Positions 9,854 through 19,555 of a stretch of 64,000 nt of DNA are shown in pieces (within the stretch, counting starts at the first letter, position 1; each line of letters opens with the position of its first letter). Made by a program: the position numbers and the translations under genes. The stretch is from IMG/VR virus record IMGVR_UViG_3300042895_001344, positions 153,143-217,142 of that record, one strand, 5' to 3'. The notes beneath the pieces are model-generated. The model saw only the letters and a program-made list of their open reading frames with translations, was not told where the DNA came from and searched no databases.

Positions 9854-10423
9854 ATGTCACAACAAGGATCAATATCATCTAACGATTTAATGAAAAAGTT
9901 AGTACAAGCAAAAAAAGTAATGAATAAAGTTGATGGTGGAAATTATGAAAGAGGTCATGTTAATAGTGAAATGTTAAGATCTGATCCTTCAGAATTAATG
10001 GAAATGCAAACACCTCAACAACCTAATACAAGACCTGTGGGTGGTAATATGAGTATTGATAAAATACAAAATTCAAAATTACCTGACGCAATTAAAAAAG
10101 CAATGATGGAAAACCCAATTCAACAAATTTCTTTAAATGATACTTTAGATATGGATTTCGTTAAAGGAGCAAAACGTTTAATGGAACAAGAAGGTGTTGC
10201 AACAAGACCGTCGGCACAACCAAAACAAACTATTGTTAATAATAATATTGACATGAACGCAATCGCAGTTCTTATTGAAAATACAGTTCGTAAAGTAATG
10301 GATGAAAAATTAAATCAAATCCTTACAGCATCCACAACATCATCTATTAATGAAAATTTAGTACTGAAGGTGGGAGACTCTATTTTCAAGGGTAAAATTA
10401 CAGGAGTAAATAAAGCCAAGTAA
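9854..10423 (+). CDS. Hypothetical protein
   Basis: 189-aa ORF, TATTTATT upstream. Confidence 0.7.
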   Translation: MSQQGSISSNDLMKKLVQAKKVMNKVDGGNYERGHVNSEMLRSDPSELMEMQTPQQPNTRPVGGNMSIDKIQNSKLPDAIKKAMMENPIQQISLNDTLDMDFVKGAKRLMEQEGVATRPSAQPKQTIVNNNIDMNAIAVLIENTVRKVMDEKLNQILTASTTSSINENLVLKVGDSIFKGKITGVNKAK

Positions 10424-10475
10424 TTTTGTTTTTCCAATTTTTTTAGTTATATTTTAGACATATAAGTTAATTTAA

Positions 10476-11696
10476 ATGTCAAAAATTAGAATTTTAGCAA
10501 TTCCATCGGATAAGCATGGTGTAGGTAAGTTTAGAATGATGGATCCATTTGTATTCATTTCAGATAAACATTCGGAAGATATTCACGTAGATATTTCGTA
10601 TAATGCGGAAGATAGAGATGATTATTTTTTAAACTACGATATTGTAGTTTTTCATACTTTTATCCATCAAACAAATCACGAACATAACATTAAAAGAATT
10701 AATTGGTTAAAATCCAAAGGTATTATTACTATTATGGATATTGATGACCTATGGTTTGTTGATCAAAGACATCCAATGTATCATGCAATTAAAATGAATA
10801 AAGTTGGTGAGATGAAAATTGACATGTTAAAGACAGTTGATTATGTTAGTACTACCACTCCAATATTTGCAAAAACAATTAAAGATAAATTAAAAGTTAA
10901 TAATGTTGTTGTTTTTCCAAATGCGGTAAATGAAGATGAACCACAGTTTCAAAATAAACCTGTTCAATCAGATAAAGTTAGATTTGGTTGGTTAGGTGGG
11001 TCTTCTCATTTACATGATTTAGAGTTATTGTCTAATGGAATTTCTTCCACATATAATTTATTTAAAGATAAAGTACAATTTGTTTTATGTGGGTTTGATA
11101 CAAGAGGTAGTGTTACTGTGATTGATCAGAGTGGTAAACAACAACAAAGACCTATACAACCAACTGAAACAGTATGGTACAAATATGAAGGATTTTTCAC
11201 AGATGATTTTAAAGTATTAAGTTCTGAATATAAAAATTATTTAGGAACATTTACTCAAGGAGATTACAACGACATAGATGAACCATATAGAAGAAGATGG
11301 ACAAAAGATATTAACAGTTATGCAACAAACTATAACACGTTTGACGTATCATTAGCACCGTTAGTTGATTCGGTATTCAACGCAAATAAATCACAATTAA
11401 AAGTAATTGAAGCGGGATTTTTTAAGAAGGCAATCATTGCAAGTGATGTTGATCCATTTACAATCGATTTAATTTCTGCGGTTGATGAAGGTAAGTTTAA
11501 TGATAAAGGAAACGCATTATTAGTAGGTTCTAAAAAGAACCATAAAGATTGGGCAAAACATATGAAACGTTTAGTTGAAAATCCTAATATGATTGAAGAC
11601 TTAGGTAATCGTTTATATGAAACAGTTAAAGACACATACTCATTAAAGAAAGTATGTAAAGATAGAGTAGAATTTTTTAAATCAATAATAAAATAA
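10476..11696 (+). CDS. GT-B (GT4-like) glycosyltransferase
   Basis: RFGWLGGSSHLHDL; FDVSLAPL...FNANKSQLKVIEAG...IIASDV. Confidence 0.85.
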   Translation: MSKIRILAIPSDKHGVGKFRMMDPFVFISDKHSEDIHVDISYNAEDRDDYFLNYDIVVFHTFIHQTNHEHNIKRINWLKSKGIITIMDIDDLWFVDQRHPMYHAIKMNKVGEMKIDMLKTVDYVSTTTPIFAKTIKDKLKVNNVVVFPNAVNEDEPQFQNKPVQSDKVRFGWLGGSSHLHDLELLSNGISSTYNLFKDKVQFVLCGFDTRGSVTVIDQSGKQQQRPIQPTETVWYKYEGFFTDDFKVLSSEYKNYLGTFTQGDYNDIDEPYRRRWTKDINSYATNYNTFDVSLAPLVDSVFNANKSQLKVIEAGFFKKAIIASDVDPFTIDLISAVDEGKFNDKGNALLVGSKKNHKDWAKHMKRLVENPNMIEDLGNRLYETVKDTYSLKKVCKDRVEFFKSIIK

Positions 11697-11702
11697 AACA
11701 AC

Positions 11703-11939
11703 ATGCATTATTTAGTTACAATCGGTTATGAGACCGAACAAATGGACAGAGAAGGAAACCCTCGTGTTAAAAAGTACAAGTACATTATCGAGGCAGAATC
11801 AGTAGAAGAAGCAACCATTGTTGCATCAAAATACAGAGCTGGTGACACACGTTCAAGTGAAAGTATTTCAGTTGCAAAAATGGCAATTGAATGTATCATT
11901 GACAGTAAGAACACACCCGAGTATTACAAAAGTAAATAA
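11703..11939 (+). CDS. Hypothetical protein
   Basis: 78-aa ORF in operon. Confidence 0.7.
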   Translation: MHYLVTIGYETEQMDREGNPRVKKYKYIIEAESVEEATIVASKYRAGDTRSSESISVAKMAIECIIDSKNTPEYYKSK

Positions 11940-11958
11940 CAATTAAACACCAACTGAT

Positions 11959-12174
11959 ATGGAATTTTATAGTCGTGAGATACAAATTATGCGTCAATCA
12001 CAAAGTAAAATGGCATTGGAATATGTAACATCAGTTGGTGTTTCTGTTACTCTTGAGGAGTTGGTAAGGATTACCGATTTATTTGTGGAGATATGTTTAC
12101 GTCCACAAGATGATAATCTTAAACAAAGAATTAAGGCATTAGATAAATGGTTAGAAGAAAAGAAAAATAAATAA
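11959..12174 (+). CDS. Hypothetical protein
   Basis: 71-aa ORF in operon. Confidence 0.7.
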   Translation: MEFYSREIQIMRQSQSKMALEYVTSVGVSVTLEELVRITDLFVEICLRPQDDNLKQRIKALDKWLEEKKNK

Positions 12175-12175
12175 A

Positions 12176-12808
12176 ATGGACCAAAAAGAAGCTGAAGAAT
12201 ATTTAAAAAAATTAGAAGATTTTGAAAAAACAATCGGAACCGATAATGAAGATGATTTAGATTTAAATTTTATGTCGGAGTTAAATGAATTGTTGACAAA
12301 ATTACAAGAAGAATTACAACCAATTCAACCTGTTACTGAACAAAATATAATTAACACTCAACCAACGATGACGGGTGGGGGTGTTTTAGTTAAAGTAAAA
12401 AAATTAGATACAAATGCGGTTATTCCTTCATATTCAAAAGTTGGTGATGCTGGTATGGATTTAACAATCACAAAAGAAATTGAAAATACATCATTTAGTG
12501 TATCGTATGGTTTTGGTATTGCAATGGAAATTCCTAAAGGTTATGTTGGGTTAGTATTTCCTCGTTCATCAGTTAGAAATCAAGATTTAATATTATCAAA
12601 TTGTGTTGGTGTTATTGATAGTGGATATAGAGGTGAATTACAAGCAACATTTAAGAAAACTCAAGGTTTGGATTCAATTAAATATAAAGTGGGTGAAAGA
12701 GGTGCACAGATTATCATATTACCTTATCCTACTATATATATGACTGAAGTTCCTGAATTATCAGATACTGAAAGAGGTAGTGGTGGATTTGGATCTACGG
12801 GAAAATAG
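12176..12808 (+). CDS. dut: Trimeric dUTPase with acidic N-terminal extension
   Basis: AGMDL, PRSS, GVIDSGYRGE, AQII, RGSGGFGSTG motifs. Confidence 0.97.
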   Translation: MDQKEAEEYLKKLEDFEKTIGTDNEDDLDLNFMSELNELLTKLQEELQPIQPVTEQNIINTQPTMTGGGVLVKVKKLDTNAVIPSYSKVGDAGMDLTITKEIENTSFSVSYGFGIAMEIPKGYVGLVFPRSSVRNQDLILSNCVGVIDSGYRGELQATFKKTQGLDSIKYKVGERGAQIIILPYPTIYMTEVPELSDTERGSGGFGSTGK

Positions 12809-12811
12809 TGA

Positions 12812-12819
12812 TATTTATA
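12812..12819 (+). promoter_or_regulatory. TATTTATA putative late-promoter motif
   Basis: 32 nt upstream of phoH. Confidence 0.5.
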
Positions 12820-12851
12820 AACAATAAACGGATCATTTAAAACTATCAACT

Positions 12852-13583
12852 TTGGCGTATAAAACAAAAACCAAGACAACCAACCACCCACCCGTATTAG
12901 TAGAAGAAAAGAAAGTATCACATAAAGATAGGATTAGACAAATCATCAAACGTCCTAAAGAAAAGTTCCTAACCAAAAACCAAGAAACCTATTGGAATAT
13001 TCTTGGAGAAAATCAAATTACATTATGTTTCGGTCCCGCAGGTGTAGGTAAATCCTACATAGCAATGAAACGTGCAGTAGACCTATTATACGACGATTCT
13101 AACAAGTATGAGAAGATTATCATAGTAAGACCCGCAGTTGAAGCTGAGGAGAAATTAGGGTCACTTCCAGGGGGATTAGAAGAGAAATTAGATCCATACA
13201 TATACCCATCATATTATCTATTAAATAAGATTATCGGGAAAGAGGCTCGTGAAGAACTAAAAGATCAAGGTTATATCGAAGTTGCTGCCCTTGCTTACAT
13301 GAGAGGTTGGAACGTAGATAATACTATCCTTGTTTTTGAAGAAGCTCAAAATGCTACACCATCTCAAATTAAGTTATTATTAACTCGTATCGGTTTTAAT
13401 TCTAAATTCTTTATTTCGGGTGATCTTGAACAATCAGACAAATATCGCGACAAAACAAAATCAGGACTTTACGATGCTAAAATGAGATTACAAGATGTTA
13501 AAGGAATTGGTTTATTTGAATTCGGAATGCAAGATATTGTAAGGAACCCTATCATCGGTGAAATATTGAATAGATACGATTAG
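12852..13583 (+). CDS. phoH: PhoH-family ATPase (TTG start)
   Basis: GPAGVGKS, RPAVEA, LGSLPG, YMRG, FEEAQN, GDLEQSD, DIVRNP. Confidence 0.95.
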   Translation: MAYKTKTKTTNHPPVLVEEKKVSHKDRIRQIIKRPKEKFLTKNQETYWNILGENQITLCFGPAGVGKSYIAMKRAVDLLYDDSNKYEKIIIVRPAVEAEEKLGSLPGGLEEKLDPYIYPSYYLLNKIIGKEAREELKDQGYIEVAALAYMRGWNVDNTILVFEEAQNATPSQIKLLLTRIGFNSKFFISGDLEQSDKYRDKTKSGLYDAKMRLQDVKGIGLFEFGMQDIVRNPIIGEILNRYD

Positions 13584-13620
13584 TATTTACTTATAATTCA
13601 ATTCGTTGTATATTTTTACA

Positions 13621-14307
13621 ATGGAAATATATATTAGTATTGATGGTGTTTTAAGAAATACAATTCAAAAGTTTGATTATCATTATAATGAATCATATTT
13701 CAATAGTGATATTACAATTGAAGATGAAGAAGAAAACACATTTGAATATGCAGTTACTGAACCTATTCAAAATGATAATCTTTTAAATTCTTACAAATTT
13801 CAATCACAAGAAGAGTTTGAAAACTTTTTATTCATTGAATACCCAATTGAAATATTTGGTCATGCTGGATTAAGTTATTCAACTACATTTACCGATTTAC
13901 ATAAAATTTTATTTGATAATCCCGAACATAATTTTACATTAGTTGGGTTGGACGAATTAGGTAAATCTAAACCTGCAACATTATTCTTTTTATCTAAAAA
14001 TGGTTTTCTTGGTAATAATATTAAATTTATTAAAACAAAAGATATTGAAGATAATTGGAAACAATGCGATGTGTGGATCACCGACAATAAAAAGATTATT
14101 GACTTAATTCCTGAGAATAAAACTGGAATCAAATTCAATACCACTTATAATCAATTCTTTACTTATGGTAAAGAAATATCTAAATTAATAGAAATAAACG
14201 AACCATGGTTGAAATCTTTGGAAAAAACTACTACATTGACCTTGACGGAATCACAGAGAAGTGTAGAACAGGAGGAACCATCCCAGACGAAGACGGAACT
14301 GAAGTAA
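13621..14307 (+). CDS. HAD-like 5'(3')-deoxyribonucleotidase-type protein
   Basis: ISIDGVLRN (DxDG-like, first Asp replaced by Ser), DVWITDN, FNTTYNQ. The ATG at 13621 follows a promoter-like TTTA-N19-TATATTTT. Confidence 0.55.
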   Translation: MEIYISIDGVLRNTIQKFDYHYNESYFNSDITIEDEEENTFEYAVTEPIQNDNLLNSYKFQSQEEFENFLFIEYPIEIFGHAGLSYSTTFTDLHKILFDNPEHNFTLVGLDELGKSKPATLFFLSKNGFLGNNIKFIKTKDIEDNWKQCDVWITDNKKIIDLIPENKTGIKFNTTYNQFFTYGKEISKLIEINEPWLKSLEKTTTLTLTESQRSVEQEEPSQTKTELK

Positions 14308-14489
14308 CCGAAGTAAACATATTCAAATACGAAATTATAAAAATGTGTTTGGATAGAGTTTTAGGTGAAATTGACGAAGTTGACGAAGGGCTTGGAAAAT
14401 TTGCACAAGAAGGAACATCAGTATCTTTCAGAATTGCATTTAACACATTAATAAAAAATCAAATTTTAATAGAAGACGAAGATGAGTAA
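14205..14489 (+). CDS. Hypothetical protein
   Basis: 94-aa ORF overlapping the upstream gene by 103 nt. Confidence 0.7.
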   Translation: MVEIFGKNYYIDLDGITEKCRTGGTIPDEDGTEVTEVNIFKYEIIKMCLDRVLGEIDEVDEGLGKFAQEGTSVSFRIAFNTLIKNQILIEDEDE

Positions 14490-15537
14490 AGAAAACATAG
14501 AAAAACTTGAATCAGCCTTAGGAAGGTTAGAAACAAAAGAAAACGTTATATATTTTTTAACGTACGATACTAAAAATAATGCGAGAGCAGCGATTAAACA
14601 TATCTATGATATGGCTTTAACGTTAAAAGAAAATGGACACACTCCAAAAATTTTAACAGAAGATAAATCATATATTAGACCTGAATGGTTAGGTGAAAAA
14701 TATGATGATTTAGAACTTGTTTCAATTAAAGAAGACAAAATCAATATTCAAATTGATGATGTGATTGTTGTTCCTGAATATTATTCAAATGTACTACAAC
14801 AATTATCAAATGTAAGATGTACTAAAGTTATGTTGATACAACAAAAAGAATATATTTTTGAAACATTACCAGTTGGTAGTCGTTGGAGTGATTATGGATT
14901 TGATCGTGTAATCGTAACCACCGAGTCAACTAAAAAATATGTACAAGAATTATTTCCAGAATCTTTAGTTCATATTATCCCACCAATTATTGGTGATAAT
15001 TTTAAACCTACTGAAGGTATTGTAAAACCTTACATTGCAATTAGTTGTAGAGATAGAGTTAAACATAGAAAATTCATTTCTGAATTTTATATCAAATATC
15101 CTCATTTACGTTGGATCACATTTAAAGATATGGTTCAAATGACATATGAAGAATTCTCAGAAGGACTAAAAGATTGTATGGTTTCATTATGGGCCGATGA
15201 CGAATCAACATTTGGTACGTTCCCATTAGAATCAATGAAATCGGGTGTTCCGATTATTGGTAAAATACCAAGTACAGAACCTGATTGGTTAAATGAAAAT
15301 GGTATGTGGACTTATGATGAAAATAAATTAGTTGACATTTTAGGGACATTTGTTTTAGCTTGGTTAGATGGTGTTGAATTAACTGATGAAGTTAAACAAA
15401 AAATGAAAGATACTTTATTACCATATGATACTGAAATAACTAAAAATAATATCTTATCAATTTTCAATTCATTTACCAATAAAAGAGTTGAGACTTTATC
15501 GAAGGCATTAGAAAATCTAAAAAAAGAACAAGAATAA
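14482..15537 (+). CDS. GT-B glycosyltransferase-like protein
   Basis: DDVIVVPE, ESTFGTFPLESMKSGVPIIG. Confidence 0.75.
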   Translation: MSKENIEKLESALGRLETKENVIYFLTYDTKNNARAAIKHIYDMALTLKENGHTPKILTEDKSYIRPEWLGEKYDDLELVSIKEDKINIQIDDVIVVPEYYSNVLQQLSNVRCTKVMLIQQKEYIFETLPVGSRWSDYGFDRVIVTTESTKKYVQELFPESLVHIIPPIIGDNFKPTEGIVKPYIAISCRDRVKHRKFISEFYIKYPHLRWITFKDMVQMTYEEFSEGLKDCMVSLWADDESTFGTFPLESMKSGVPIIGKIPSTEPDWLNENGMWTYDENKLVDILGTFVLAWLDGVELTDEVKQKMKDTLLPYDTEITKNNILSIFNSFTNKRVETLSKALENLKKEQE

Positions 15538-15538
15538 T

Positions 15539-16318
15539 ATGAAAAATATAACAGTAATTTTACCTGTACATAGACTAGATGGCATTTATAAAGAAATGTT
15601 AGATAATTCGATTAAATCAGTTGAACAATTTCATAATGATGTTAACTTATCAATAGTATGTCCACCATCATTAAAAACAGAATTAGTAAATTTATCTGAA
15701 GTTTTAGAAATTGAAGTTATTTCTAACAATGGTAAAACTGATTTTTGTTCTCAAGTAAATTTGGGAATTGAAAAATGTAAAACTGAATGGTTTAGTATTT
15801 TAGAAATTGATGATGAGTATAAATCAATTTGGTTAAAATCAACAAACGAATATGTTAAAACATATACCGATGTTGATGTATTTTTACCTGTAGTTAAGGA
15901 TATTAATGTTGATGGAAATTTTGTAAGTTTTACAAATGAATCAACTTGGGCATATGGGTTTACTGAAAAACAAGGTATATTGGATAATGAAGTTTTATTA
16001 GATTTTCAAAACTATCAAATTAGTGGTGGACTTTATAAAACACAAGTTATTAAAGATAATGGTTCATTAAAAGAAAATATCAAGTTAACATTTGGTTATG
16101 AGTTTTTATTAAGATTAACACATAACAATATTAAGGTTATGACCGTACCAAGAGTAGGATATCAACACTTAAACTTTAGAGAGGATTCGTTATTTTGGTC
16201 ATATAAAAACGATGAAACTAATAAGATTAGTGAAGATGAGGCTAAGTTTTGGTTGGAGACGGCAAAGAAGGAATTTTTCTTTAAAAATAAACGAGATGTA
16301 AATTATGAAATAGCTTAA
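15539..16318 (+). CDS. GT2 (GT-A) glycosyltransferase
   Basis: ITVILPV, QVNLGIEKCKTEWFSILEIDDEY. Confidence 0.8.
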   Translation: MKNITVILPVHRLDGIYKEMLDNSIKSVEQFHNDVNLSIVCPPSLKTELVNLSEVLEIEVISNNGKTDFCSQVNLGIEKCKTEWFSILEIDDEYKSIWLKSTNEYVKTYTDVDVFLPVVKDINVDGNFVSFTNESTWAYGFTEKQGILDNEVLLDFQNYQISGGLYKTQVIKDNGSLKENIKLTFGYEFLLRLTHNNIKVMTVPRVGYQHLNFREDSLFWSYKNDETNKISEDEAKFWLETAKKEFFFKNKRDVNYEIA

Positions 16319-17019
16319 TGCCAAGACCAAGAACCCAAAAAATATATTTTGGGGAGGATCAAGAGAAGGCGGTAGTCAATTACTTAGAAAGTACTGATGA
16401 AGCAGAAAAAAATAAGATATTCAATGAATATTTACGTGAACCCCTAATTATAATGGTCGAATCAATTATTCGACGTTATAAACTTTATAGAAAAGATATG
16501 GAATTTGAAGAGATTCATACAGACACCATGTCCTTTCTTATAACAAAGATCAACAAGTTTGATCATACCAAGAATACCAAAGCATATTCTTATTTTGGTA
16601 CCATCTGTAAAAACTACCTTATGGGTGCAATACAGAAGGATACAAAGGAACAAAACAGACAAGTATCGTATGATGATATATCCTCAGATTTTGAAGATAG
16701 TAAAGACCTTTCATATGTAATTGACGAATTCGTAGTTGATTACGCATCTGTAATTGTAAAACTTACCGTGGATTTAGAAAATTTTGTGGAAAAGGAAAAA
16801 AACCTATCTGATAATGAAAGAAAACTGGGTTATGCATTATTAGAAATTTTTGGAAACTTCGATAAGATATTTCAAGTAGGAGATGGTAATAAATTCAATA
16901 AGAACCTCATTTTACTCTCTTTAAGAGAAATGACCTCATTATCAACAAAAGAGATTAGAGTCTCCCTAAAACGTTACAAGAAATTATATGACGGTATTTT
17001 GGGTGGGTTTTTAGAATAA
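16318..17019 (+). CDS. Sigma-70-like factor, probable late sigma (gp55 analogue)
   Basis: Region-2-like EEIHTDTMSFLITKINKFDHTKNTKAYSYFGTICKNYL. Confidence 0.6.
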   Translation: MPRPRTQKIYFGEDQEKAVVNYLESTDEAEKNKIFNEYLREPLIIMVESIIRRYKLYRKDMEFEEIHTDTMSFLITKINKFDHTKNTKAYSYFGTICKNYLMGAIQKDTKEQNRQVSYDDISSDFEDSKDLSYVIDEFVVDYASVIVKLTVDLENFVEKEKNLSDNERKLGYALLEIFGNFDKIFQVGDGNKFNKNLILLSLREMTSLSTKEIRVSLKRYKKLYDGILGGFLE

Positions 17020-17033
17020 ATCTATTTATTGAT

Positions 17034-17414
17034 ATGAGAACACAAAGAAACAATATTACATTAGATGTTGATTCGGCGTTAGCCTTAATGCAGGAGATCT
17101 ACAACGATGTCGTTGAGAATAGAAATACCGCATCCACCATTTTGAGAAAAATGATGAGTTTTATGAAGGACGCTGAAGATATGAGTACAATCGGACCTGT
17201 TATTAAAGAACAACAGAAGATCCTTAACGATTGTACCGAGAAGAAAATTTCATTAGTTAAATTACAAAGTGTTTTACTTAAACAAACCACCGGTGGGTCT
17301 GGTGGTGGAGGTGGTTCTATGGGTAAATTGACTTTATCTGACGAAGATCGTGAGATTTTGGATAGATTGGTTAATGATGGAAATGATAATAAATCAACTA
17401 ACTATTCATTATAA
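17034..17414 (+). CDS. Hypothetical coiled-coil protein
   Basis: 126-aa ORF. Confidence 0.7.
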   Translation: MRTQRNNITLDVDSALALMQEIYNDVVENRNTASTILRKMMSFMKDAEDMSTIGPVIKEQQKILNDCTEKKISLVKLQSVLLKQTTGGSGGGGGSMGKLTLSDEDREILDRLVNDGNDNKSTNYSL

Positions 17415-19348
17415 TGTTTGACAAATTAAAGACCAAAATTGATTTAATTCAGAAAAGTGTTGATAGTGCATCAGTTAAAATGGAAATTAATTCTGATGAC
17501 TTTATTAAAAAACATGCTCCTAAATTACCAAATTTAGATGCTAAATTAGAACAGTTTAAATCTAAATTAGCAAACAAAAAAAAGAAAAAACAAAATCAAA
17601 AAAATATTTTTGAGGAAGTTATTAGTGTAGTAAATAAATTTTTAGAAGCGGGTAGAAAAGTTAATGATTCAAGTAGATTTCAATCTACTCAAAGATTAAG
17701 ACAACACGTTATTGATTCTGTAGAAGTCACATCTAATTCCGCAAAACAAATTTTAATGGATTGCGTTAAAAGTGCGTTTTTTGCAAATGGAGGAATATGT
17801 GGTACTGATCGATTTCTTACAGGTGCCGATATGGACTCTGTAGTTATTTCACCAAAAGAGATTGATTTTTTAAATATGTTTAGAGTTCCACCAAAAAGTG
17901 ATTATGGTGCAATAATGTATGAAAACCCCAAAAGAACGGGGGGTAATAAAGTTCAAGTAAATACAGGACTATATAATTCATTTACAGGAGGAACATTTGA
18001 ATATGAAACACCAAGTAATAAAACATTATTTACATCAACTTGGAATACAAGTGATCAAACATTTCAAATAAGTGGATTAACACAGGGTCCAGGTCTTGGA
18101 CAATATGGTATTATTAAAGTAGAAGATTTCTTTAATGATTATTATTCAAATATAGAAATGCCAGATTTAAATGAAATTGTAAAGAAAGCGATGTTACTTA
18201 CTTTAAAGGCGGCTAGTGTCAGTGCAGATAAAACCGGTGTAAAAGTCGGAGGATCTGCAACAGGAATGGAAAATCCTTTAGATTTTACCCCTTCATTAGA
18301 TGAGGCAATTAATAACTTGGAAAGAATGTTAAATAAATTGTTTGCTTTTTGTAATAACCAAACCGAACAATTGAGTGGACAAACTCCAACAAATCTATTT
18401 CACGAAAATGAAGAACCCGATGAATTTTATTTTGATTTTGATGACGTTGAAGGAATTGATATAGATTCTGAAGATGCGAGAAGAAGAAAAGTTTTAAAAT
18501 TTGTGGACTGTAACAACTTTGAGGTTCCTTATAATACGGTTCATATTGAGGACTTTATTTATTTAGAAGATAAAACGGATCTAAGAACATTGATAGACGG
18601 TGCATTAAATAAAGCTGCGTCAGATGCATATGAACAATCTAATTTTGCAATTGACTTACCTAGTTTTCAATTATCCATAAATTTATCTTTTATCTTCAAT
18701 ATACCTAAGGCCTTAATAATGAGTGTAATATCACCTAAGATGTTTTTACCATTTGTAATAATTTATAAATTATTCACAGCGGGAGCAAAACAATTGATAT
18801 TCGATGTAAAAACAATAATGAAATTATTGAAAAAGATTTTCTTATGTACAATTAACCAATTGTTTTGGAAATTTTTACGTGAGTTTTGGAAAAGAGTTAA
18901 AGCCGACCTTAAGAATTTTTTAAAAAGAATAATACAAAAAATATTAAGAGATAAGTTTAGAAGATATTATATAGTAATTGCCGCGTTGATTGCATTATTA
19001 AAAAGAATAATTGAAACTGGTATAAATAACTGTGCGGATTTAATTGGTGCAATTGGTGCTGCAATTGACGGCGCATTAAGTGCATCGGGGGGTTTAAACA
19101 TACCAAACGTCCTTTTATTAATTGCAGATAAATTACCTGGTTTTAGTGCGGTTAAAACATCTATGGACGTTAATGAAAAAATGGAAGCGATGGGGATTCC
19201 AACAGGAGATGTAAATGGAGAACCTAACTATCACCTACTATCACATTCAGCGGCGATAGAGGGACTCGCCGATAATTTAGCAAAAACACCATTTATATCA
19301 ATACCTAAAGCATCAGGTATACCGGTTGGTGCATTAATGAAACATTAA
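17414..19348 (+). CDS. Large hypothetical protein, possibly tail/baseplate
   Basis: 644-aa ORF just upstream of the spike-like gene; basic hydrophobic helix near the C-terminus. Confidence 0.55.
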   Translation: MFDKLKTKIDLIQKSVDSASVKMEINSDDFIKKHAPKLPNLDAKLEQFKSKLANKKKKKQNQKNIFEEVISVVNKFLEAGRKVNDSSRFQSTQRLRQHVIDSVEVTSNSAKQILMDCVKSAFFANGGICGTDRFLTGADMDSVVISPKEIDFLNMFRVPPKSDYGAIMYENPKRTGGNKVQVNTGLYNSFTGGTFEYETPSNKTLFTSTWNTSDQTFQISGLTQGPGLGQYGIIKVEDFFNDYYSNIEMPDLNEIVKKAMLLTLKAASVSADKTGVKVGGSATGMENPLDFTPSLDEAINNLERMLNKLFAFCNNQTEQLSGQTPTNLFHENEEPDEFYFDFDDVEGIDIDSEDARRRKVLKFVDCNNFEVPYNTVHIEDFIYLEDKTDLRTLIDGALNKAASDAYEQSNFAIDLPSFQLSINLSFIFNIPKALIMSVISPKMFLPFVIIYKLFTAGAKQLIFDVKTIMKLLKKIFLCTINQLFWKFLREFWKRVKADLKNFLKRIIQKILRDKFRRYYIVIAALIALLKRIIETGINNCADLIGAIGAAIDGALSASGGLNIPNVLLLIADKLPGFSAVKTSMDVNEKMEAMGIPTGDVNGEPNYHLLSHSAAIEGLADNLAKTPFISIPKASGIPVGALMKH

Positions 19349-19351
19349 GAT

Positions 19352-19555
19352 ATGGAAAGTCAAAAATTAATTGAAATTGCAAACGATGTAGAAAATAAAT
19401 CTAATAAAGATTTAATGATTGTTGCGGATGAATTAAATGAGGAATTTGAAAAAACTAAAGAATTAATTATTGATTTAACCAGACATTTAGATGGTGTTGA
19501 AAGTTTATATAATAAGGTTAATAAAGAAATAGAAAAAAGATATACAGGGAAATGA
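19352..19555 (+). CDS. Hypothetical coiled-coil protein
   Basis: 67-aa ORF coupled to the next gene. Confidence 0.65.
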   Translation: MESQKLIEIANDVENKSNKDLMIVADELNEEFEKTKELIIDLTRHLDGVESLYNKVNKEIEKRYTGK

